Shown here piece by piece: positions 1-9,400 of a stretch of 58,975 bases of DNA. Made by a program: the position numbers and the translations under genes. Source of the DNA: Actinomycetota bacterium. Its GTDB lineage: Bacteria; Actinomycetota; Acidimicrobiia; IMCC26256; PALSA-610. The notes below the pieces were generated by a model. The model saw only the letters and a list, made by a program, of their open reading frames with translations. It ran no database searches and was not told the DNA's origin. Numbering within the stretch: position 1 is the first letter of the stretch; each line of letters opens with the position of its first letter. The stretch is taken from NCBI GenBank assembly GCA_005772765.1, contig SXIR01000170.1:1-58975 (forward strand), read 5' to 3'.

Positions 1-3000
1 AGCGACGGGGGCACCATCACCATGTAGAAGGCGTCCCCCTCGTCGTTCAACATGCGTGCCGTTGCGACGTTGGCGATGGTGCCGTTGAGCGCGAGCGCGA
101 CTTGCGACTCCTCGGCCAACCGGTTGACGTATCCCTCGCCGTAGGCCCATGGAACCTGTCGACTTGCGAGCGCGACGTTGTCGAACGCGCCTTGGTTGCC
201 GAGGTACGTGACCTCTGGGCCTTGCGGCTCGAGGGTGAACTCCGAGACCCGTCGTCCGACGAGGTCGCCGTAGCGCCCGCGCCGGTAGACACGGAGCGGA
301 TCGCCTGATCCTGGGAGGCCGGGATCGTCGAGCAGTCGAGCCCAACCGTCGGTGCCGTCGAACTCCAAGTACTGCTTGCCTTCGGGTGGGGCGAGCGCGT
401 CGGGTGGCTCGAAGATCAACTCGCCGTTCTGGTACATGCGTCGCGGGCCTTCGTCGCGCGGTTCGTCGCGTAGCGATCGTCCGTCGTACTCCGGAGTGTC
501 CTCGATTTCGAGCACGTCCGCGATCGTGGGCATCACGTCGATCGTGAGCGCCGGGCGGTCGTCCACACGACCCGTGGCCTCGCCGGGGTAATGCACGAAG
601 AGCGGCACCCACATCACGTCGTCGAAGTTCGATTCCGAAACGCTGCGCAACGGTTCGTCGTTTTCGAACGCGATGCCGTGGTCGGCCCCGACCACGACGA
701 TCGAATCGTCCCAAGCGCGGTTTGCTTCGAGTTTGGTGACCAGGTTGCCCAGCACGGTGTCGGCGGCTTGCGTTTGGATGACGTGTCGTCGGAATGCCAC
801 GTCGGCCGACTCTTGGTCGCTCCAGGAGAAGTACCTCGACCCGGGCGCACCACCGATGACCGTGGTGTCACGCAAGTCGGGGAGATAATGCCATGGCTGG
901 TGTGGAAGTTCGACGTGAACGAAATCGAGTTGCGGTCGATCGCTCTCGGCGATCGACCGTTGGAAGCGACGGGCGGTGGGGAGGGCCTGGAGGGCGCCTT
1001 CGAACTCGTTGAACGAGAACTCGCTGCGCGACGGCGCGGCGAACTCGGTCCACAGGTCGCGGGTGACCGACACCAGGCCCCGGAAGCCGCCTCCCGTGCT
1101 CTGGTCGACACAGATGTTGGTCGGACACAACGACGTCACCGCTTCGTGCACGTTCATGGTGTACGAGCCCGACAGCGTTGTGAACACGCTCTCGGGATAC
1201 TCGCTCGCCGAGGGCAACGCGTCGTTCCGTTCTGGATACTGGCCGGTCACCAACGACGGTACGGCGGTCTGGGTGTACGGCGAGACGGTGGTCGCGTTGC
1301 GGTACCAGGTGGAGCGGTCAGCCAGGCGGGCGAAGTTCGGGAACAGGTCGGCGTCGACAGCGCCGGTCTCGTCGAGCAACGTCGATGTCGGCAGTTCGTC
1401 GAAGAGAATCATGACGACGCGTTTGGGGTTGCCGACATCGGAGTTGCCGCCAAAGGGGTCAGCGGTGCTGCCGAAGAACGCATCGCTGGCTGGCGAGAAG
1501 CCCAAGAACAGCAATCCGTAGAGCGCCCCGGCCACCGCGAGATAGCGCAACAGGAGTGCGACCTGGCGGAAACGAACCAACGCGACGATCGCGAGCGCGC
1601 CAACGACGAACGCCGTGATGACGAGCGGTGTCGGCGACCACGCGGTCAACGTCTTGGCGAACTGGAGCGCAAACAGGCCGAGGAGCGCTGCGAGCGCAAT
1701 GACGTGCACGGCGCGGCGCAATCGGGCCGACACCAAACTGGTTGTGAGTTCGAGGAGGTAGATCGCCAGTGGCGGTCCGACCACGATCAACACGGCGAAG
1801 ACGATGGCCTGGGTGCTGGTGACGTTGCGGTCGAGAAAGATGCTCGGGTTCTTGCCGAGGAGATCGAGCACCGGTTGGGCAAACGCGATGCCAGACGCGC
1901 CGAGCAACTCCGCGATCGACCGCAGTTCGAACGAGCGTGGTCCGAAACGCGGCGGGCGGGTCGTCGGATCGGTGATGCGACCCACCCAGGGTTGCCCGGA
2001 TAGCCGGATGAACGGACGTTCGACGAGGTGCCACGACACCACGGCGAAGGCGAGCGTGATTCCTGCGACGAGTGCGAGCCAGAGCGCGAGGTTGGCGTCG
2101 ATCGCACCGCTCGTCGTCCACTGCTCGATGCGCTTGATCACGATCAAGTGCCACAGGTAGATGCCGTACGAGATCGTGCCGAGCCAGACGATGATTCGAT
2201 TCTCGAAGACGCGCTGTTGGACGCGACTCGTGCCGTCGTTGAAGACCGCCGGGATGAGCAACAACAGTGCGACGAATCCGTAGACGAACGCGATGCCGAA
2301 TGTCTGCACGCGCGTCACCCGATCGAAGACGCTGACCGGCAGATTGAGTTGGAGCGCGACCCAGTAGGCCTGCGCCGCGAGGAGCCAACTGACGAGCGGG
2401 TTTGCGGCCAGCCGCTCGATCGGCCACGGCAGCCGCCCACCGGTCGCCCGCCACGCGCTGCCGACTGCGACCGCCATGCCGATCGCGAACCAGTCGAAGT
2501 AGCCGATGATCGTCTTGTCGAGCACCTGTTGGATCGGGAACCAGACACCGCGCGGAGCGAGCGTGTCGCCGGTCCGCCACAGGTACCAGATGCGGGTGAG
2601 CATCGTCGCGACGTAGAGCGCCGCCAGTCCAACGAGGTAGCCGCGCACCTTGCGGCGCGGTTCGGCGTCGGCGGGGGAAAGGCGAGCGAGGCCGGCGGCC
2701 AGCATCGGCAAGACGAGGTAGAAGGACACTTCGATCGCGAGGGTCCACTCGACGCCGAGACCGAACAACTGGTAGCCGCCGCGGTAGTTCCCGAGGAGTG
2801 CGTAACCGGTGAGCCAGTCCGTCCAGTCGCCAAAGGTGACGTAGGCGGCAATCGCGGCGGCTGAGAACGCAACCCAGTAGGCGGGGATGATGCGAAGGAA
2901 TCGGCGCGTATAGAAGCGCGCGTGATTCGGTGCTGCGCTGCCGACGAGATTGCTGACGACGAAGGGTCGGAACAGCAGAAAACCACTGATGAGAAAGAAC

Positions 3001-3185
3001 ACCGATACGCCGAAGTTGCCGAGCCGGTTGATCCACTCCCACGTTGCGTACTCGAGTGTGAAGACGTTGTAGTGCGTGACCGTGTGGTAGAGGAGCACGG
3101 CGAGCGCGGCGAACGCACGGAGCCCCTCGATGGCGCCGAAGCGGCCGCGGTCGTTGGCCTCGGTGGTCACGTCCTCGGCGGTCAC
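1..3185 (-). CDS. Acyltransferase-3 domain fused to membrane-anchored sulfatase/alkaline-phosphatase-superfamily domain (3' end beyond window, >1060 aa)
   Basis: Manual translation from GTG 3185 (GTGA overlap with upstream stop): 'GAIEGLRAFAALAVLLYH', 'GVSVFFLISGFLL', 'RRFLRIIPAYW', 'SWHLVERP' (AT3). It continues in frame through TM helices to 'VVMILFDELP', 'SPYTQTAVPSLVTG', 'HVELPHQPW', 'VVGADHG'. No stop seen before the window edge, consistent with its absence from the ORF track. Confidence 0.85.
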   Translation of the reverse strand, partial: MTAEDVTTEANDRGRFGAIEGLRAFAALAVLLYHTVTHYNVFTLEYATWEWINRLGNFGVSVFFLISGFLLFRPFVVSNLVGSAAPNHARFYTRRFLRIIPAYWVAFSAAAIAAYVTFGDWTDWLTGYALLGNYRGGYQLFGLGVEWTLAIEVSFYLVLPMLAAGLARLSPADAEPRRKVRGYLVGLAALYVATMLTRIWYLWRTGDTLAPRGVWFPIQQVLDKTIIGYFDWFAIGMAVAVGSAWRATGGRLPWPIERLAANPLVSWLLAAQAYWVALQLNLPVSVFDRVTRVQTFGIAFVYGFVALLLLIPAVFNDGTSRVQQRVFENRIIVWLGTISYGIYLWHLIVIKRIEQWTTSGAIDANLALWLALVAGITLAFAVVSWHLVERPFIRLSGQPWVGRITDPTTRPPRFGPRSFELRSIAELLGASGIAFAQPVLDLLGKNPSIFLDRNVTSTQAIVFAVLIVVGPPLAIYLLELTTSLVSARLRRAVHVIALAALLGLFALQFAKTLTAWSPTPLVITAFVVGALAIVALVRFRQVALLLRYLAVAGALYGLLFLGFSPASDAFFGSTADPFGGNSDVGNPKRVVMILFDELPTSTLLDETGAVDADLFPNFARLADRSTWYRNATTVSPYTQTAVPSLVTGQYPERNDALPSASEYPESVFTTLSGSYTMNVHEAVTSLCPTNICVDQSTGGGFRGLVSVTRDLWTEFAAPSRSEFSFNEFEGALQALPTARRFQRSIAESDRPQLDFVHVELPHQPWHYLPDLRDTTVIGGAPGSRYFSWSDQESADVAFRRHVIQTQAADTVLGNLVTKLEANRAWDDSIVVVGADHGIAFENDEPLRSVSESNFDDVMWVPLFVHYPGEATGRVDDRPALTIDVMPTIADVLEIEDTPEYDGRSLRDEPRDEGPRRMYQNGELIFEPPDALAPPEGKQYLEFDGTDGWARLLDDPGLPGSGDPLRVYRRGRYGDLVGRRVSEFTLEPQGPEVTYLGNQGAFDNVALASRQVPWAYGEGYVNRLAEESQVALALNGTIANVATARMLNDEGDAFYMVMVPPS

Positions 3186-4501
3186 GGCGTCACGCTGCCG
3201 AGTTGCGGGGTGAAGAAGAACTGTGACCAGGCAGCTCGTTCCAGGTGAAGACCGTCGTACGCGATCAGACCTATCCCCGTTTCGTCGGCGAGGGCCGGTT
3301 CGTCGACCGTCAAGAGCCGATCCTTGTTCACCGAGACCGCGATCTGTGACCCCGAGTACTCGATGTTGATCGCAACACCGGGAGCATTCGAGACCAGCGG
3401 CAGGCTGCCGAGCCTGGTTTCGACCCCATCGACCCGCTTGGCCAGGTTCCAGGTCGCGAAGCCCGGCACAGCCGTCAAGTACAAGCAGTTCTCGGCGTCG
3501 CGGCACCGGAATGCGACGCCGGCACCGGTTTGGTGCGGCATCATCGCGATCTGAACGACTCCGTCGCTCGCAGCTGCGTCGACGAGCGCGAGGTTCGGCG
3601 AGCCGTCCGACGCACGTTCGGTCAGCACCGCTCGTCCGTCTGCGATCGCGAAGTCGCCGTTGACTTCGCGCCAGGCAATGCTGCCGTCGCCCGCGGCGAG
3701 ATCGGAGGAATCGTCGCGGTCGAACTCGTCGCCGATCACCGCCACCTCCGCGGTGACGAGACCTTCGGACTCGACGGGGATCGCGGCGAAGTTCGCCCAC
3801 CGTGCCGTGGCGGCGCTCTGCGGCTCGCGGAGGGAAAGGCCCGCACCGCCCTCTTCGCGGAACTCGGGGTCGCGCACGGTGAGCGCCTCGACGCCATCGA
3901 TCGAAATCGTGATGACCTCTTCGACGGTTGTCACCGACACCTCGGTCGAATCGGCGATCGGGACGATTCCGAGATTGCCTGCCTCGACCTCGATCCCGCC
4001 GGTCACCTTGATGAGGTTCCAGGTGCCGAGTTGCGGAACCGCTTCGACTCGCCAGCAGTTCGCGGCATTCCGGCATCGAAATGCCAGTCCGAGCCCCGGC
4101 GCCATCACGTCGGCGACGACACTGATCCGGGCGTTGGGCGCGGCGACAGGGAGCAGGGCGAGACTCAGCCCGCCATCGGCGGACGTGACGGCGGCTTGGC
4201 CGTCACCGACGTTCCAGGTTCCCTTGACCTCGCGCCAGCGCTTCCCGCTCGACGCGACGCCCAGTGCGTCGGTTTCCGAGCGGTCGAAATCATCCGCGCC
4301 TCCAGGCGGCGGCACGGGCAGTTCCTCCGCGCCGATGTCAGGATCGTCGACAACGTTGGGCGCAGTGAGACGATCGAGCCCGACGCCGAGCCCGAAAAGT
4401 CCGACCACGGTGACACCCAACAGGACTCGAGCCGCGACCGACCGGTCGGAGGCCGCCCGCGGGGCGGCGGCAGGGGGCGGCGAGGTCGGGTCGGCATTCA
4501 T
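3182..4501 (-). CDS. Membrane-anchored protein with two tandem concanavalin-A/lectin-like (DUF1080-like) domains
   Basis: Likely ATG at 4501; N-terminal TM 'VLLGVTVVGLFGLGVGL'; two homologous ~180-aa halves (DDFDR..WREVKG..GLAFRCRNAANC / DEFDR..WREVNG..GVAFRCRDAENC). Confidence 0.6.
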   Translation of the reverse strand: MNADPTSPPPAAAPRAASDRSVAARVLLGVTVVGLFGLGVGLDRLTAPNVVDDPDIGAEELPVPPPGGADDFDRSETDALGVASSGKRWREVKGTWNVGDGQAAVTSADGGLSLALLPVAAPNARISVVADVMAPGLGLAFRCRNAANCWRVEAVPQLGTWNLIKVTGGIEVEAGNLGIVPIADSTEVSVTTVEEVITISIDGVEALTVRDPEFREEGGAGLSLREPQSAATARWANFAAIPVESEGLVTAEVAVIGDEFDRDDSSDLAAGDGSIAWREVNGDFAIADGRAVLTERASDGSPNLALVDAAASDGVVQIAMMPHQTGAGVAFRCRDAENCLYLTAVPGFATWNLAKRVDGVETRLGSLPLVSNAPGVAINIEYSGSQIAVSVNKDRLLTVDEPALADETGIGLIAYDGLHLERAAWSQFFFTPQLGSVTP

Positions 4502-4695
4502 GTGGGGGATCGGTGAGGATAGGTCCCGGACCGACGACCTGACCAGGCGCGGCGTTCCCGAGCGGCGCGCGTCACCACCGCGGCGGTGTCTGACGAGCCG
4601 CCTTGACGACGCGTCAGCGTTCCGCGAACCTGGCGCACCCCGAATTCTCGGGGTCGACACGTCGTGTTCGCACACCAGCAACCGGGGACGGTTCG

Positions 4696-6486
4696 ATGAC
4701 ACCAACGCCGGGCGGCGGCCGGGCGCAACGATTGGGCGCCATCGCGCCGGCCCTCGTGCTGTTCGTGGTCGGGGTCGTGGTCCCCGTACTCGTCGCCCGC
4801 CACTACAGCGCCCTCGGCGCTCCGAGGGGCGACGACTGGTCGTACCTCCGAACCCTGTTCACGTGGGTGGACACCGGGGAACTGAACTTCAACAACTGGG
4901 TGTCGATGACGTTGCTCGGCCAGCTGGTCGTCGCCGCTCCGGTGGTTTGGCTCTTCGGACGAGACATCGCCGTGGTGCAGACCCTGGTGGCGTTGGGTGG
5001 GTTCCTCGGGCTTCTTTCCGTGCTCGGCTGGGGCAAGTATCTCGACGGGCGACGCACCACAGGACTCGGGTTGGCGCTGGTCGTCGCGTCGGGCCCGATG
5101 TACGGCACGCTTGCCGTGAGCTTCATGACCGACGTCCCCGGTGTTGCTGCGTCGTGCGCGGCGGTGTTGTGCGGCCTGTACGCCGCGTCGGCGCCGAACA
5201 GATTGGCACGCGGTCTCCTCGGCGCGTTCGCCTTCGGGCTGTTCGGATTCACGATCCGTCAGTACTGCGTCGTGCCGGTTGTCGCGGTCACGGTTGTCGC
5301 CTGCTTGCTCGCCCGAACCGAAGGCGATCGAGGGTTTCAGCGAAAAGCGCTCTTGGGGGCTGCATCGATCGTGGGACTCGCCGTGCTCTTTCTCGTTGGG
5401 TGGAGCGCGGTGCCCGACGCGAAGGCGTTGAGCCCCAAGTGGCCCGACGGCCATGCGGTGCGTGCGTTGGTGTACGAAGGCGGCGGCATGTTGCGTCTCG
5501 CGGGGTTGTGGCTGGCCCCGGTCCTCGTCTGGGCGGGTCCGAGCGCGATCGTGCGGCGAGCGTGGCGCGCGTCATCGTGGATCACGGTGATTGCGGCCGG
5601 TTCGTGCGCCCTCGTGCTCGCCTTCACCGGACGAAACGCCCCGCGGATCGCCTTTGCGGGGAACTACTTCGTTCCCGATGGGATCCTGTCGAACGGAGTG
5701 AGCGCCGGGCCGCGCCCGGACTTGGTGCCGTCACCGTGGTGGGGGGTGCTCATTCTCGTGGGCACGGTCGGCGCCGTCGTGTTGGCGATTGCGATGGTCC
5801 CGGTCACGGTTGCGTGTTGGAAGCGGCTTCGCAGCCGCGATCTTTCTTTGCGCGACCCCGTCACCGTGTTGTTGGCGCTGACCAGCTTCGGATACGCCGC
5901 GACCTATGCGCTCGCCGCGCTGGTCGGGTTGCCGCTCTACGACCGCTATGTGTTGCCGATCATTCCGCTGGCCGGCGCTTCACTCATCCGGGCGGCACAC
6001 CTCGAGCGAGTCGCAGGAAACGCCGATGCGACACCACCGCGCCAGATGTCGTGGCGCCCTGCGGTGGCCGTGCTCGTCATCACGTCGGCGCTCGGGATGC
6101 TCTACACCGTCGACTCCGCGTCGTTCGACGGTGTTCGTTGGGGCGTGGCGAGCGACGCGACTCGCGCGGGCTGGCATCCGAAGCAGGTCGGCGGCAACTT
6201 CGAATGGATCAACTACTTCTCGGCCTCGCCCGGCTCGCTGGCGCGACGGCGGGCCCGCATCTGTGTTGTTGTGGTGCTGCGCGAGAACGGCCAGGGACCC
6301 ATGACCGCAGCACCACCGATCACCGATATCGCGGGTACCGAAATACGCGGGACGTACCGGCCGCCGTTTCGCGATCCGGTCGATGTCGTCGCGGTTCGCA
6401 ACCGACGTCCGTGCTGGCCGGGATTGGTGCCGGTCGAGCCCGTTCTCGGCGGAGATGAGGCGGCCGCCGCGGTGATCGGCCGATGA
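4696..6486 (+). CDS. GT-C superfamily (PMT/GT39-like) multi-pass glycosyltransferase, paralog 1
   Basis: 'PRGDDWSY' acidic motif after the first TM, 'SFMTDVPG', 'IRQY', 'YDRYVLP', many TM segments; ATG 4696 chosen as start. Confidence 0.75.
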   Translation: MTPTPGGGRAQRLGAIAPALVLFVVGVVVPVLVARHYSALGAPRGDDWSYLRTLFTWVDTGELNFNNWVSMTLLGQLVVAAPVVWLFGRDIAVVQTLVALGGFLGLLSVLGWGKYLDGRRTTGLGLALVVASGPMYGTLAVSFMTDVPGVAASCAAVLCGLYAASAPNRLARGLLGAFAFGLFGFTIRQYCVVPVVAVTVVACLLARTEGDRGFQRKALLGAASIVGLAVLFLVGWSAVPDAKALSPKWPDGHAVRALVYEGGGMLRLAGLWLAPVLVWAGPSAIVRRAWRASSWITVIAAGSCALVLAFTGRNAPRIAFAGNYFVPDGILSNGVSAGPRPDLVPSPWWGVLILVGTVGAVVLAIAMVPVTVACWKRLRSRDLSLRDPVTVLLALTSFGYAATYALAALVGLPLYDRYVLPIIPLAGASLIRAAHLERVAGNADATPPRQMSWRPAVAVLVITSALGMLYTVDSASFDGVRWGVASDATRAGWHPKQVGGNFEWINYFSASPGSLARRRARICVVVVLRENGQGPMTAAPPITDIAGTEIRGTYRPPFRDPVDVVAVRNRRPCWPGLVPVEPVLGGDEAAAAVIGR

Positions 6487-9400
6487 CCGACGCCCGTTCG
6501 TTGCCTCGCCCACTGATGTTCGGTCGTCTCGCCGAGCCGCGCGTGCAGCGGCTCGGCATCGCCGTCTTCGCGGCGCTTTGTTACGTCCCGCTGCTGTTGA
6601 CCGATCCGGGCAAGGTCCACGCGGATACGAAGAGCTACTTGTATCTCGATCCTTCGCGGCTCCTCGCCGGTGCGCGGTCGATGTGGGATCCCGAGATCGG
6701 CTTGGGGACGACGAGCCACCAGACGATTGGGTATCTGTTTCCGCTCGGCCCGTACTACTGGTTCACGATCGACGTGTTGGGAATGCCGGCGTGGATCGCG
6801 CAGCGGCTTGCGTTGGGAACGATGCTGTTCGCGGCCGGCATGGGCGTGCGGTATCTCCTGCGCGTCGTCGGGATCGGGGGCGCAGGGGTCGCCGTTGGCA
6901 TGATGGCCTACACCTTCACGCCGTACGTGCTCCAGTACTCGGCGCGCTTGAGCGTCTTGCTCGGTCCGTGGTCGGCGTTGCCGTGGTTGACGGCCTTCAC
7001 GATGTTGGCCCTCCGGCATGGCGGGTGGCGTTACCCGGCGCTCATCGCGCTGACGATCCAACTCGTTGGCTCCATCAACCTCACTGCCATCGTGCTCGTC
7101 GTCATCGGTCCGGTGCTCTGGGCTCCGTACGCGGTGATGGCGTTGCGTGAATGCGACTGGCGTCGGGTTGGTGGGCTCGCAGTGCGCGTCGCGTCGTTGT
7201 CCGTGTTCGCGTCGTTGTGGTGGATGTCGGGTTTGTGGGTCGAAGGCGGCTACGGGCTCAGCATCTTGCGGTTCACCGAGTCGATCCAGACCGTGGCCGC
7301 GACGTCGTATCCGTACGAGTTGTTACGCGGGCTCGGGTACTGGTTCTTCTACGGGAGAGACCGCATCGGTCACTGGAACGACGCGTTCTTGGTGTACTCG
7401 CTCAACGCATCGGTCGTCTTCGCAAGCCTTGCGATCCCGGCGCTGGCGTTCGCCGCCGCGGCCGTGACCCGATGGCGGCTCAAGGGCTATTTCGCGTTGC
7501 TCGTGTTGATCGGCGTGGCGATCGCCGTGGGATCCGCGCCGTACGACGACCCGTCGCCCCTCGGTTCGGTGTACAAGTCGTTTGCGACGACCTCGACGGT
7601 GGGGTTTGCCCTGCGCAGCACGGCGCGCGCTGCGCCGCTCATGGTGCTGGGATTGAGCGTCCTATTGGCCGCTGGCGTGACGGCATTCACCCGCGAACTG
7701 CGTGCGCTCGGGCGCACCAGGAGCGCCACGCTGATCCCCATCGTGATCGTGGGTCTTGTACTGCTCAACGCGCCAGGCGTCTGGAAGGGGAGCTATTACA
7801 GCGACTATCTCGCCCGCGACGAAGCGATCCCGCAGTATTGGACCGACGCACTCGCCGACCTCGACGCTGCGTCCCACGACACGAGGGTGTTGGCACTGCC
7901 GGGTGCCGACTTCGCCGCGTACCGATGGGGTGACACCGTCGATCCGATCGAACCCGGGCTGATCGATCGTCCGTACATCGCTCGCGAACTGGTTCCGTGG
8001 GGATCCGAAGCCACGACGAACCTCCTCGTTGCGCTCGATCGTCGGTTGCAGGAGGGGACGCTCGATCCCGACGCCGTTGCGCCCATCGCTCGGCTCATGG
8101 GCGTTGGCGACATCGTGTTGCGTTTCGATCTCGAAACAGACCGCTTCACGTTGATACCCGCCGGCCCGCTGTGGCAGACGTTCACCGACGCAAACGCCGA
8201 CACGGGTTTGCCCGACGGATTACGTGAGCCCGTGGGCTACGGCGACGAGATCCCGGGTTCGCTGCGATTCCCCGAGCTCGGCGACCTGGCCCGGCCGCCG
8301 TCGGAGGATCCCGACCCGCCGCCCGTCGCGGTCGTCGGTGTCGACGACCCGGTTCCAGTAGTTCGTTCGAAATCGGCCGTGCCGATCGTCGTCTCGGGCG
8401 ACGGCGACGGCCTCGTCGACCTCGCGGCAGCAGGTGTCATCGACGGCCACAGCCCCATCGTCTACTCGGGGTCGAATGCCGACGATCCTCGCGTGCTGCG
8501 CGATCTTCCCGATGGGGCCGTCCTCGTGGTCACCGACTCGAACCGTCGGCGCGGGATGCGCTGGGCCGGTCTCTACACGAACTACGGCTACACCGAAGTC
8601 GCGGGTGAAGAGCCGCTCCTCGATGATCTGCTCGACCAACGCCTCGTCGTCTTCCCCGACGCGGGCGACGACGCCGCGACGGTGACCGAACTGCGCGGCA
8701 TCGCGGACCTCCGCGCATCGCGCTACGGCACGGCTTCGTTCGGCTACAGCCCGGGTGAACGCCCGGCCATGATGTTCGACGGGAACCGCGAGACGTCGTG
8801 GGTTGTCGACGGCGGGTCGGAACTCACGAACCAATGGGTGACGATGGCGTTCGACGCGCCGATCACCACCGATCGCATCGAGATCGTGCAACCTCGAACG
8901 CAACGTACTCGGCGCTTCCTGTCGCGGATTTCGGTGCGGTTCGACGGTGGCCCGCGCGAGTTCTTCGACCTCGGGGCTGCGTCGCGGCGAATCGGCGGCC
9001 AGGCGCTGACGTTCGAAACGCGCACCTTCGAGCGGCTCGAGATCCGCATGGAAGCGACGAGCGGCGGCGGCGGGATCTACCTCGGAAACCTCAATCCCAT
9101 CGGCATTGCCGAGCTGCGAATCCGTGACACCGATCGCGGTCGTCGCATCCGGGTCGAGGAAGTCGCCCGGGTGCCGGTCGACCTCCTCGACGCGCTCGGA
9201 GCCGACAGCGACGGACATCCACTCGCGTTTGCCTTTGCTCGCGACCTGACGATGGACGGCACGAACCTGTGGCGCCGCTTCGAGGTGCCGAGTACGCGCT
9301 CGTTCGGATTGTCGGGGACGCTCCAGCTCAGCTCGTTTGCGGACGACGCCATCATCGACGAACTCCTCGGTATCCCGGCTGCGCGCGATGGCGGTGTCAC

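Noticed and set aside
591-6458. Long alternative ORFs 591-2003(+), 1459-3042(-), 3660-6458(+)
   Set aside because: Arg/Ser/Pro-rich shadow frames overlapping motif-bearing genes, typical of high-GC DNA
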